Source: Phaeosaccion multiseriatum
Taxonomy: Eukaryota; Protista; Ochrophyta, other classes
Reading direction: 5' to 3'
Assembly: GCA_965112735.1 (NCBI GenBank)
Contig: OZ218957.1
Location: forward strand, 1,798,001-1,862,000
DNA: 64,000 nt
This document shows positions 28,449 through 40,345 of the stretch, piece after piece. Position 1 is the first letter of the stretch. Every line of letters starts with the position of its first letter. Below the pieces are notes generated by a model, which did no database searches, had not been told where the DNA came from, and worked only from the letters and a program-made list of their open reading frames with translations. The translations under genes and the position numbers were made by a program.

Positions 28449-30926
28449 ACACACACATACCCACACCCGCCCAACCCCCCCTCCCCACCTACCTGCCAGG
28501 CGCGACAAGTCGAGCAGATCCAGCCCCCGTAGACAGGGGACAGCGCGTAGGAAGGTGGTGCGATTTATGCTCTCCCTGGCACTGGCCACCGCCTGTACAT
28601 GCTTGAAGGTATCCCGATCGATGGTCCACAGCACGCACGGGGAGTCCGTCTTGACCGTGGCACTCCTTGGCGCATTGTAGAGGAGGGCAAGCTCTCCGAC
28701 GGGGTCGCCTGGGCCCATCTCCCGCTTGAGAGCGCCGTCGATAGTGACCGACACCTGTTGAGTGTGTGTGTATGTGTGTGTGTGTGCGTGTGTTGCGCCA
28801 GTTGTCAGTTTGAGGTGATTCATCTCGACGAAATATCGATGGATAATATCGATGTCGATATCGTTAGATATCGATGATACGGCCTCTCATGCTCCTTCTC
28901 TCTCTCACTCACTCACTCACTCACTCACTCACTCACTCTCACTCTCATGCCCTCTCCCTATCTCCCTCAAGCTCCCTGTCCCTCACTCACTCTCTCTCAC
29001 TCTCGCTCCCGCTCTCGCCCTCTCTCCCTCATACACACACACGCTCTCACACCCACGCGCTCTATCTCACTTCTCACGCCCTCTCTCCCTCTCCCCCTCG
29101 CTCCCTCTCTCATTCACTCACCTGCCCCTCTTGAATGATATACATCTTATCTCCCTCCTCCCCCTCGCGCATGAGCTCGTACCCCTCGGGAAGGTCCTCT
29201 CTGGTCATGGCCGCAAGCAACGCACTCGTCGCGTCTTGGCTGCTCAGCCCCCCCTCCTTCTCATCCTGCTCCAAAAAGAAGAACTTATGCATCGCTTCCA
29301 ACACCACTTGACGCGCGTTCGAATCCATGGGGAACTGCTGCTCTTGCTGTTGCTGCTGTCGTTGCTGCTGCTGCTGCTGCTGCTGCTGCCCGCCGCTCCC
29401 TCGTCGCTCTCCTTCCACTACCATCCCTGCTCCTTCTCCTCCTTGTGCACCGAGGCTTCCCTCCTTTCCCTGAGCCGCAGTATCTACCCCCTTCCCTCCG
29501 CCTCCTTCTGCTCCGACGGCGGTGTCTTTGCCTACCCCGGACGAATCTGGACCTTGCTGCGTCTTTTCTTCGCCAACTGCTGCTGCTGCTGCTGCTGCTC
29601 CTACTCCCGCTCCTGCTGCTCCTCCCTTTGGAGGTCCGTGCTCACTCGTACCATCAAAGGATAAGGTGGAGTGAAACCTCTTCTTCTCCTGCGGGCGGAG
29701 AAATGTTGTGAGCGGCGCTTTACACATTCGCTGTGGGCAGAAGTCTGTCCCCCTGTCCCTCCCTCCTTCCCTCACTCACCTGTGCGATGAGCATGGCCAC
29801 CAGGTCAGAGCTCACAACACCCTTTTCGAAGATCTGTGCCCGCCTCACCGGCTTGTACTCATCTCCCAAGTCGTCCCCCGAGAGGGGCTTAACACTTGCC
29901 TCACTCATTCGCCGGCCGGTGGGGGACAGGCTGGGGTTGCGCAAGTTTTCCTTGCTGTCTTTTCGATCCATTCCGCTATGCTGATGACTGCCCCTTCCTC
30001 CTTCCTCTCCTCCTCCTCCTCCTCCTCCCCCGCCTACTTCTCCTCTACCTTCTCTATCTTGTTGCCCTTCAATTTCAGTGTCAGTATTGACGGACAGAGG
30101 AACCGGGCCCATTTGTACCATCCTTGAAATCTCTCTCCTTCCCCCGCTAGTCGACACCATGCTACGCGCTCGGTTTGTTCTATTCTTACCCCACTGCTGC
30201 TCTGTGGTAGAGCCGATGCTATAGTGGTTCCCATTTCTGTCTTCTTCTCCTCCTCCTCCTCCTCCAAACCCCAAAGGGCCATTCGAGCTCCCCGTTCTGG
30301 TCAGGGCCCCAATTGCAGACATTTGATGCTGCAAGATGCTGTCCTTGGTTTTGGCCCATTCCCCGGCCCCTCCTGCTGCCTCTACTGCCGCGGCCTTAGC
30401 CTCGGCGAGCTTGGCCAGCCCGTCAAAGATTTGCTGGTTGCTGTTGAATTGGGGGAAGAAGGAGGGGGGGGAGGGGGAGGCAAAGGGAATCGCGGTTAGA
30501 AACGGGATTAGGTTGAAGGAGCCTCCTAAGTCGTCAGGGGGAAGCCAAAAAGTGAGGTAGCATCCAAATGAACCATGTATTGCTCTTTCGTCTAAGGCAG
30601 ACAACCTTTCACACATACTCACGCCTTCCCCCCCTCCTTCTACTCCAAACCCTAGGCCTAACCATTCCATGCCCGCTTCCAACCGGTATACACACACATA
30701 TTCGCTCCTTGCCCCCTCCTACTGGAACATATACTCACTCCTTTCCCGCCTCCTTCTGCTCCAAGACCAAGATCTTGAGCATGTCGTACTCTACACTCCC
30801 TTCGCTGCCGCTGCTCTCGCCAATGTCCTTCAGCTCGCGCTTTCTCTTCTTGCGCCCTGCGTTCTTGGGCCCTTCATAAAACCCAGAGAAGCTGCGTCTC
30901 CGGGAGGAGCTCGCTCCGGCCCCCAT
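23828..30926 (-). CDS. PKG: cGMP-dependent protein kinase-like AGC kinase with cNMP-binding domains, multi-exon
   Basis: Start MGAGASSS (ATG 30926). CNB motif [15 protein letters not shown]. Kinase motifs [45 protein letters not shown] tail HPFF...DWDDL...PW...FADF*. Confidence 0.88.
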
Positions 30927-31894
30927 CCCTGCCTGCAAGCCGAAGTGCCGACCTCCTTCCGACGAGGGCGAGAAAGAAAAGAAAAAATGAAACGTCGAAA
31001 ATCACAAGTTCGCGTGTTGGTGATAGCATACGCACAAAATGTACAAGTTGGTTCTAAATTCATTTAGCACTACGTTGTCCACCCTGCTATCTATCAACAG
31101 CGGGAAAATGTGCGTCACGCCATCCCATGCCGTGCCCCTGACCCGTGCAATGCATCAGCCGCTGCCTCACAAGACAGCAGTCCACAAGGGACATTCTCAC
31201 GCATGAGAAAGCACGCACGCACCCACCCACGCACAGAGCGAGGCATGCATGGAGGCGTATGGGCCGACTCCCCTTCGCTGTCCTCTCCTCTCCTCTCCTC
31301 TCCTCTCCTCTGCAGAGCCGAAGTAAGACCCTCTGCAGTCAGTGACGCCACACCCTCCTTCCCTCCCTCTCTCCTTCCCTCCCTCCCGCCCTCCCTCCCT
31401 CCTCCCCCCTCCCCATCCCTCTCCTCCCCTCCGTCCCTCCCTCCCCTCTCCCCCCCCCTCCCTCCCTCCCTCCGCCGTGTACAATGTTACACGTATCAAA
31501 ATTGTAGGTATGTAGGTGGCCTAGACGCTCCTAACCCCCCCCACCCTGCCACTCCACTCCACTCCACTACCCCGTCCTTTTCACCGACCCGACAACCCAC
31601 TGTCCCACCTCAACCTCACGCGCCCACACCAACCCCTCACATGTTCAAAACGGGGGAGAGAAGCCACTGTAGACACCCGAATAACTTGATCACCAGTCAA
31701 CCCGCCAGGGCCAGCCGCCATCACACACCCTAGCTGCAATGCCTCCTCCTCCCCCTCCTCCTCATCATCATCCTCCTCCTCCTCCTCCTCCTCCTCCTCC
31801 TCCTCCTCCTCCTCCTCCTCTGTCCTCCTCCGTTCTTCCTCCTCTACTGTTTGCTGGTGATGAACAAGCGACCGCTACCACCACGCTGCTGCCT

Positions 31895-34160
31895 CTACAA
31901 CATCGCCTCTCGCACCTGCTCTTCCACCGACAGTCGCCTTCTCGTCGCCCCGCCCCCCTCCCCCTCCTCCTCCCCTCCTCGGGGCATCGACTTGCTGCCC
32001 TTCCTCTCCGCCTCAGGAAGGGACGACTCCGCCTTCGGACTCCGCTTTAGAATAGACTTGGGCCCCTCCCCCTCCCCCTCCCCCTCCCCCTCTCCTTGCC
32101 TTGCTCCCCCCCCCCCCTGGGGCTTGAGCACCCCTCTCAGGTAGGCAGGAGCGGTCGGTTGTTGTCGAAGCAGCCCCGCCGCCGCCGCTGCCTCCCACGC
32201 CCCCCCAACGTCCACTGCCCCTCCCGATCCTGACACCCCTGAGTTGGATCGGGAGCGAATCATGGAGTGCACAGAGCCCTCGATGCTTTCATCCTCCTGA
32301 CTGCCCTCCGCCACCATCTCGGCACCACCTAACCCCTCACTGACTCCTCTAACAACCCCTCCACTCCCACCCCTCCTTCCTCCTCCCCCCACACCTCCTC
32401 CAGTCCCACCATTGGCGGCCCGAGCCTTAGCTTCCCTCTGCTTGCGCTGGTGCTCTCTCTTGGCCTCTTTAAAAGCGAGTGCGTCCCAGCTCTTGCTGCG
32501 ACGGTAGTAAAAGTTTGCCATCGAAGTGGACTTGGTGACGTTGCCGTGGCCGAGCGAGGGAAGCTCCTGTAGGGGTGAGTGGGCGGGTGTGTTGGGTGGA
32601 TGAGTGAGTGTTGGGGGGGTGGGTGGGTGGGGTGGCACACGCATAAATAAAAGTGTAGGAGGATGGGTGGGTAGGGTAAAGGTGAGTGTAAGCGGACGGC
32701 AGACAGGCAGGCAGATACACAGACAGCCAGACAGGCAGGCAGGCAGACAGGCCGGCAGACTAAAGGCGGCCCACAGCAACAACCAAGCCAAGCCAAGCCA
32801 TCGCCTCCTCTCTCCTCTCTCCTCACACTCACCTCCTCCAAAGCCGCATTGACCGAGGGAGGCACAATCGGGGCACCCTGCTCGGCGGAGGCATCTGCAG
32901 GCAGACTCGCAAAGCCGCCACTCTTTCGCACAAAGATGCCTCTCTCCATCTGCTGCTGCTGTTGTTGCAGTCTGATCAAGTGCTGCTGCTCCTTCAGAAT
33001 CTGCAAATCCTCCTGTGCCCTCACCAACTTCTCCTGCTTCTGCTCCTCCGTCAATTGGAGTTCCTGCTCGATGGCTTGCTCGATGGCCTGCTTCTGCACC
33101 CGCAACACCAACTCCGCCCTTGGCGACATGGGCGATGGCACCCCGGCCATCACTTCTCCCAAACCGGATCGCAGACTCGACCGACTGCCACTCTTCAGCC
33201 CTAGCAGTGGAGGGTGAGCACCGGCCAAGCCTCCTCCTCCTCCTCCTGCCCCCCCCGCATCTCCTCCGCCCACCAACCCCAGCCCCGCACCATGCATCAA
33301 GCTCCCTCCACTGTTCGAGCGTGAGAACGTTCCCCCTCCTGTCCCCGCTCGGCTGGAGAGGAAAGAGCTGCTCCCGCCACTGCTAAGGAGCGCCTGCCCG
33401 ATACCGCCGTGCCCTCCTCCTCCTCCTCCTCCTTCGTCGTTGAGCGAAACGTGATACGGGAGCGCTACATCTCCCATCGGCACGTCCCCTACGGTTACAC
33501 CTCCCACCTCGCCCCCCTCCCCTCCCTCCATGTCCATCCCTACATTGGCAACACCTCCTATGTGGTAGTCGTCGTCCTCCTCCTCGTCGCCACCAGGCAA
33601 AATCCCGTCGAGCGAGAGCCCGCCCACCCCACTTGGGTCGATGACATTCAGCCCCGACAACCCCACGATACTACGGGACGTGTAGAAGGACGGCACACGC
33701 CCGCGTTTGCTGAGGGACAGGAGTGAGGCGAGCCCCGGATCCTCCACTGCCGCACCCCCCTGCCCGGGCTGCCCCTGCGCCTTCCCCTTCTTCCCCTCCT
33801 CCTCCTCCTCCTCCTCCTCCTCCTCCTCCTCCTCCTTCTCCTCCTTGCCCTCCTGTTGCTGCTGCAGTCGTAACGCCAACTGCCGCACCAGCTCCCTTTG
33901 GCGGGAGGTGAAAATGGCCTTATTCTCCTTCGTCACCTTCTTTCGCATCACCTGTACGCAGCGCTCCAGCGCCACCTCCACCGCGCAGTGAGAGCGAATC
34001 ATCTCGATCTGTAGATGAGAGAGAGAAACAGAGAGAAAGAGAGGCAGACAGGCAGACAGATAGAAAAAGAGAGAGAGAGCGAGCGAGCGAGAGAGAGACA
34101 GAGAGAGAGAGGGGGGGGGGGACGGAAAGCGAGCGAGAGACACACAGAGAGAGACAGAGA

Positions 34161-34198
<38 letters not shown>

Positions 34199-37103
34199 TA
34201 TGGGTGTAAGGGCTGGCGTTATGGGGCATTAAGTCCGACATGAGGGCAGGCATACGAACGCAGGTGTATGGGTAGACACGCTGGACAGGCATGCATATGG
34301 ACAGGCATGCATATGGACAGGCATACGGGACCCACCCACTGACTGTCCTGACACCCCTGACCCCCCCCTCACCTTAGGGTACGTGGTCCTCTCTGAGTTG
34401 CGCACGATCTCCTTGTATTCTGCGCGGGTGGGGTTGTTGAGCATCTTCTTGAAGGCACCGAGCTTGGGGTAGAGCAGCACAGTGAGTTGGTGATACAGCA
34501 CGGCATAGCACAGCCAGTTGGTGGTACATAACAGCACCGCACATTCATTGCAGACAGACACACACACATACACACGTACATACAAGCAGGCAAGCGAAGC
34601 ATGGAGACCAGGTGAGTGAGATGAGTCTGCATACAGAGGCAGGTGAGTGAGATGAGTCTGCATACAGAGGCAGGTGAGTGAGATGAGTCTGCATACAGAG
34701 GCAAAGCATGCAATGTAAGGTACGGCCAAAAGGCCAGTGACGATGAGAGACCTTGCGCTGTCCCCATTAAAGGAAAGGTAACGAAGGCCGATAGACGGAA
34801 GTGTCTCCGCGATTCCCTCCGCTCCCCTCTCCTCCCCTCCGCCTCCCGTCCTATCCCCTCCTATCACCTCCTATCCCCCCCCCCCCCCCTCCCCTCCCCT
34901 CCTCCTCCTCTCCTCCCCTCCCTCTCCTCCCCTCCTCCTCCCCCTCTCCGCCCCTCCCTCTCCTCCCCTCCCCTCCCCTCCCCTCCCCTCCCCTCCCCTC
35001 CCCCCATCCCCCTCTTCCATCCCACTTACCACACTCTCGTGCCCCTCCCACGGCATGATGGTGACGTCACAATGCCTCCCCTCGTACTCCTGCGTCAGGA
35101 GCTGAATACCCCCTCTCCTCGTGGCCCACACTGGTGCAATACGGCGACTCGCAAGAAGCTCAATCACGTTCCTGAACCAGTTCCGGACCTGTGCCCGCAG
35201 GAAGCCCACAAGACCGACGAGGTACGAGTATATGGGGTGATTCCACACGCTGTCCGGAAGGTTCATCGTTGACAGCAGAGAGGCGTGGGGGTTCACCTGG
35301 CGGGGCAAGATGGATGGCAGCGGATGTATGGATGGATGGCAGCGGATGGGAAGGGGGGTGCATGGAGCATGAGTGAGGGGGATGCACAAGTAGCCGCCCA
35401 GCCCTTCCCCTCCCCCTCACCTTCTCCTCCCCTGCACCCATACCCTTACTCCTCTCCTTCCCTTTCCCCTTCCCTCTCCCCTTCCCCATACCTGGCTGAC
35501 GATGAAGTGGTTGATGTTGAAGAGCTCGCTGATCTGTTGCATGGGTAGGTCTGCCTCCATGCTTCCATCCACGTACACCTAAGTAGAGCAGAGCAACAAC
35601 CATCAGCAGTCAGCAAATCAGCACCAGGATTTAGCAATCGGCACCTGCACCAGCACCAGCACCAGCAACCAGCACCAGCACCAGCAAATCGATCACATGG
35701 TCAGTTTAGCAGACCGAACAGAGCAGATTTATCCTGCAGAAAACAGAGACCAGCGAGCAGAGAGACCAAGTGCGATCGTAGCGGAGACGCCCTTCCCCTT
35801 CACTCGAAACACTCCACTCCAACTTTTTTAAACTCTTTTGACCCGTCTTCAACCTTACAAACTAAAGACTTACCTCCTTCATGCAGCTGCTCTCGGGCCG
35901 CACGCTACCATCCGCCTCCTTGACAAAGAGAGTGGAGGCCTCGAACACACCGGGGACTGAGCTCGAGCACACCGCCGCACTCCACACCTGCAGGTATATG
36001 GGTATTATTTTTTGTCGCGGAGCTCGATACTCAGGGTGGGGCTCGATAGCAGTTTCTTCCAGTGTCCATCAGTCAGTCAGTCAATCAGTCAGGCAGTCCA
36101 TCAGTCCGTCAGTCCGCCCGTCAGTCAGTCAATCAAACAGTCAGTCAGCCAGCCAATCAGTCAGTCACCAATCAATCAGTCAGTCACCAACCAACCAGTC
36201 AGTCAGCCAATCAGTCTGTCAGTCAGTCAGTCAGTCAGTAAGTCAATCAGTCAGTCAACCAGTCAGGCAGTCAGTCGATCAGCCAATCAATCAGTCAGCC
36301 ATGAATCAAACTGTCAGCCAGTCAATCAATCAGTCAGTCACTAGGCAATCAATCAGCCAGTCAATCAATCAGTCAGTCACTAGTCAATCAATGAGTCAGC
36401 CACTAATCAATCAGTCAGCCAGTCAGCCAATCAGTCAGCCAGTCAATCAATCAGTCAGCCAGTCAACCAATCACAAATCAGTCAGTCTATAGTCATACCG
36501 TCACGTGCGGGGCAGTGAGGTAGTTGAGTAGGCGGGGCGGGTCGGTGCGGTTGCGAGGAGCCACGGTGATGTTCAAGATACGGCCTGCAACCCAACCCCG
36601 AAGGAGGGAACGGGGGAGGTGGGGAAGGGGGGGTGTGCGAGGTGACAATGGGCAAGGTTTCAGTTTGCTGAAACATGAGAAACATCGAAATTGGGAACCC
36701 AACCCACACCCCAACCCAACCCGACCCGACCGATTCAACGCAACCCCAACCCAGCGCCAACCTGTTCGATCGAAGGCCTCCTGGAAGGTAAAGGAACCAA
36801 TGTTGTGCCTCATGACGCCTCGGAAATAGTCCGTGTCCATTTGCCATAGATGCCTCCCTCCTCCCTTGTGGAACAGGGTGGACCAGAACACTTCGGCCAC
36901 GACGCGTAGCGGGGCGGGCACCAGCAAGGACCAGAATGCCACACTGCGCATCTTCTCTTTCCCCTTCATGTCCTGCTGGGCGGCCTGATGGCAGTGGATG
37001 GCAGTGGATGAGTGGGGGGGTGCGGGGAGGTGGGGTTGCGAGTGAGGTAGTGAGTACGCTGGATTGGTACGCGAGAACAGATAAGGACAGGCACGGGCGC
37101 ACA

Positions 37104-37143
<40 letters not shown>

Positions 37144-37802
37144 CCACGCATGCTTCACACACAGAGAGAGAGAGGCAAGACAAGACCGCCCCAATGAGGG
37201 CCCCCTATGAGGGGGGGGCGGCGCATCCTCCGTAAGGCTAAAGCATCATACACACTATACGAAACACCTCCTCACCTCCTTCTGCTGTCTCTTGGTCTCT
37301 CTCATGTACCGGAAGAAGTCAGTGATGATGTCCCTCCCGTAGAACATGGGCACAAGCTCGCTGTCCGTGCGAGTGCCCACCATGGCCGCCACGATGGACC
37401 CCGCTGACGCACCACTCACCACACGAGGCAACATACCCTGAGTAAGTCAACAAGTCCGTACGTCCATGACATGACGTGGGGGTTGTTGGGGGTCAGTGTT
37501 GAGTTGACTTGTGGTGTTTGGTTCTCCTCCCCTCTCCTCCCCTCTCCTCCCCTACCACCCTCCCTACCCCCCCCCCCCTTCCCCTCTCCTACCTGCTGCA
37601 ACAATGCCTTGACCACGCCCACGTGATAGAACCCCATGGCCGCCCCTCCGGACAACATGAGCGCGGTGCGGCCGTAGGCATGCCTTGTCTCGTTAAAGAA
37701 GGCGAGCTTGGCGTCGGCAGGGATGTTCTGAGTGGTCAAGTTGGTGTGTGCGATGAAGTTCAGGGCCTCGCACACCGCTGTTTGGTAGCGCTCCACCAGC
37801 AC

Positions 37803-37863
<61 letters not shown>

Positions 37864-39906
37864 TGGGGTTTGGGGGGGGGGGGTTGGACAGAGAGAAAGG
37901 AGTGAGAATGACGACAGCGAGAAGGAGGAAATACAGACAAGAGGGAGAAGGGAGAAAGAGGGATGGAAAGTCCGTGAGGGAAAGTCCGTGAGGAGGGAAT
38001 GAGGGATGGAAAGTCCGTGAGGGAATGAGGGATGGAAAGTCCGTGAGAGAATGAGGGATGGAAAGTCCGTGAGGGAATGAGGGATGGAAAGTCCGTGAGA
38101 GAATGAGGGATGGAAAGTCCGTGAGGGAATGAGGGATGGAAAGTCCGTGAGGGAATGAGGGATGGAAAGTCCGTGAGGGAATGAGGGATGGAAAGTCCGT
38201 GAGAGAATGAGGGATGGAAAGTCCGTGAGAGAATGAGGGATGGAAAGTCCGTGAGGGAATGAGGGATGGAAAGTCCGTGAGGGAATGAGGGATGGAAAGT
38301 CCGTGAGGGAATGAGGGATGGAAAGTCCGTGAGGGAATGAGGGATGGAAAGTCCGTGAGAGAATGAGGGATGGAAAGTCCGTGAGGGAATGAGGGATGGA
38401 AAGTCCGTGAGGGAAAGTCCGTGAGGGAAAGTCCGTGAGGGAATGAGGTGAGGTGCGTGTGGAGGCCTCCCCTCCCCTCCCGTTTCTCCCCTCCCCTACC
38501 TGCCTGCTCAAATCCCTCACTCCCCATCCCTCTGTCCTGACACCCCTCACCCCTCTGTCCTGACACCCCTCACCCCTCCTGTCCTGACACCCCTCACCCC
38601 TCTGTCCTGACACCCCTCACCCCTCTGTCCTGACACCCCTCACCCCTCTGTCCTGACACCCCTCACCGCTCTGTCCTGACACCCTCTGTCCTGATCCCTG
38701 ATCCCTGACCTAGGTGCACACGCACACACACACACACACACACACACGCCACAGCCACTCAATTCATAGGCTGAATCCCCCCATAAGTCAACACATACCC
38801 AATACTCACCTTGGTGCCTGCATGGGCCCTACTAAAGAGGCCCTCGTGCAACATGCCAAGCTTGTTCCTACCGAGGCTGCCCCTCAGTTTGAAGATGAGG
38901 GAGAAGGCATCCCCTGCCACAAGCATGCGGTTGATGTCGTCAATCTGCCCCTGATTGGATGTGGTGGACGGTGCATCAAGCATGCCGTTTCAGCTTGGTG
39001 CACTCACTCATTCAATCCCTCACTCACCCACTCACTCCCTCCCTGTCTGACTCCCTCCCTTCCCCCCTTCTTTCCTTCCTTCCTTCCTTCCTCCCTTCCT
39101 TCCTCCCTTCCTTCCCTCCCTCCCTCACTGGCGTTCTGACCTGCAGCACTTTATAGTCGTAGAGCTGTGAGTCAGGCCTCCGTCGCCACTCGTCAAGGCC
39201 CAGGAGCTCGTCGCACTTCTCCGCCCAGTCCATCCACTTGTCGTACGTCTCAGCGTCCTTCATGCCCCCCTGTGGTGCCCAGCAGTCAGAGGAAGTCAGC
39301 CAGTCAGCCAGTCAATCAGTCAGTCGGCAGGGAGGGAGGGAAGGAAGAACGGAAGAAAGAAGGGAAGGAAGAAATGGGAGGTCAACAAGTTGCCTACTCC
39401 ATCCTACCCCGCGTCCTTGATGCCACCCTGTGCACCTTTTCCACAGTTCGGGAGGTTCATCATCGATCGTTCCAAGCAAGTCTGTTTGTTCAGTCAATCA
39501 GACAGGCCATCCGGTATGCCCCACTTTCCTAACGTACCTTGCATCTCTTGATGTTCTTGTACTGCTGATTGAAGCGACTCAGCAGCCGGCCAGACGCGTT
39601 GACCAGCGTATTCCACCCAATGAGGCCGGCCTGCAGCACGAGCGCCGCCACCAGGTGCCGCAGCAGCAGGCGGGGGGCGAAGATGGTGTCCAGCCCCTCG
39701 AAGATCCACGACTCCACCGTAGGCATGCGAGCGCTGAGGAACTTGAGCACGTCGTCCGCGAGCTTGCCGAAGAAGGAGCTCAGGTGGGCCGCCTTGTCGT
39801 CCAGACTGCTTGCTACAAACGACCCTCCTCCTGGCGAGCTTGACCCCCCCGCCCCTGCCCCCCCCCCTCCATCTCCTGTCCTTCCTGGGGTGGCTCCGGG
39901 AGCCAT
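31895..39906 (-). CDS. SDP1: Patatin-like triacylglycerol lipase of the SDP1/TGL4 family, multi-exon
   Basis: [67 protein letters not shown] (GxSxG), [16 protein letters not shown]...[42 protein letters not shown]. Confidence 0.92.
36068..36487. repeat. Degenerate (CAGT/CAAT)n tetranucleotide tract in an SDP1 intron
   Basis: Visible directly; the QSVS ORF over it is a shadow. Confidence 0.85.
37958..38445. repeat. Intronic 26-bp minisatellite (GAGGGATGGAAAGTCCGTGAGGGAAT)n, about 17 copies
   Basis: Near-identical units with a G/A variant (GAGGGAAT vs GAGAGAAT). Confidence 0.9.
38528..38700. repeat. Intronic ~23-bp minisatellite (CTGTCCTGACACCCCTCACCCCT)n, about 7 copies
   Basis: Tandem units; one matching unit also at ~34343. 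Confidence 0.85.
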
Positions 39907-40345
39907 CTCGGGTGTCTCACAGCGTGTTGAACCCCACTTGAGGTTGGTTTGCCTGCCTCAGAATAGCGATTCAATCCGAGGAGTGGGGGGACAAAGGGGA
40001 CAAAGGGTGCATCGACCAGGTGGGGAAGATGACCCACAGGTTCTGGTTGTGCCGCCTGTCGTAATATGTTCACCCCCCCCTTCCTTGTAAAGCAGTAGAG
40101 GGGGGGCGGGGAATCTGAAACTCAAAAATGGCCGCCCGTTGATTTCCATCTTTCCCGATTCTCGATTCTCCCTTCCACCCTCTCCCTGCTTTTTCCCCTC
40201 CTTCTTTCTCCCTCTTCTCCGTCTTCTCCCTCGTTTCCCTCCCTTGATGTCACACGACTTGTACAACTCTTCGCTCCATCCAAGCTTCCCAGTCTGTCCT
40301 CGTAAGCGGGCTACTCTCTGTGCATGCTCCTCCCGTTAGAAAACG

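Noticed and set aside
28824-28876. Cluster of ATCGAT/GATATC palindromes in a PKG intron (similar at ~48582)
   Set aside because: Short and degenerate; no function can be supported.
37693-38613. Repeat-protein ORFs (SLTDFPS...) and CRISPR-like look of the 26-bp array
   Set aside because: Intronic minisatellite without unique spacers, inside SDP1.
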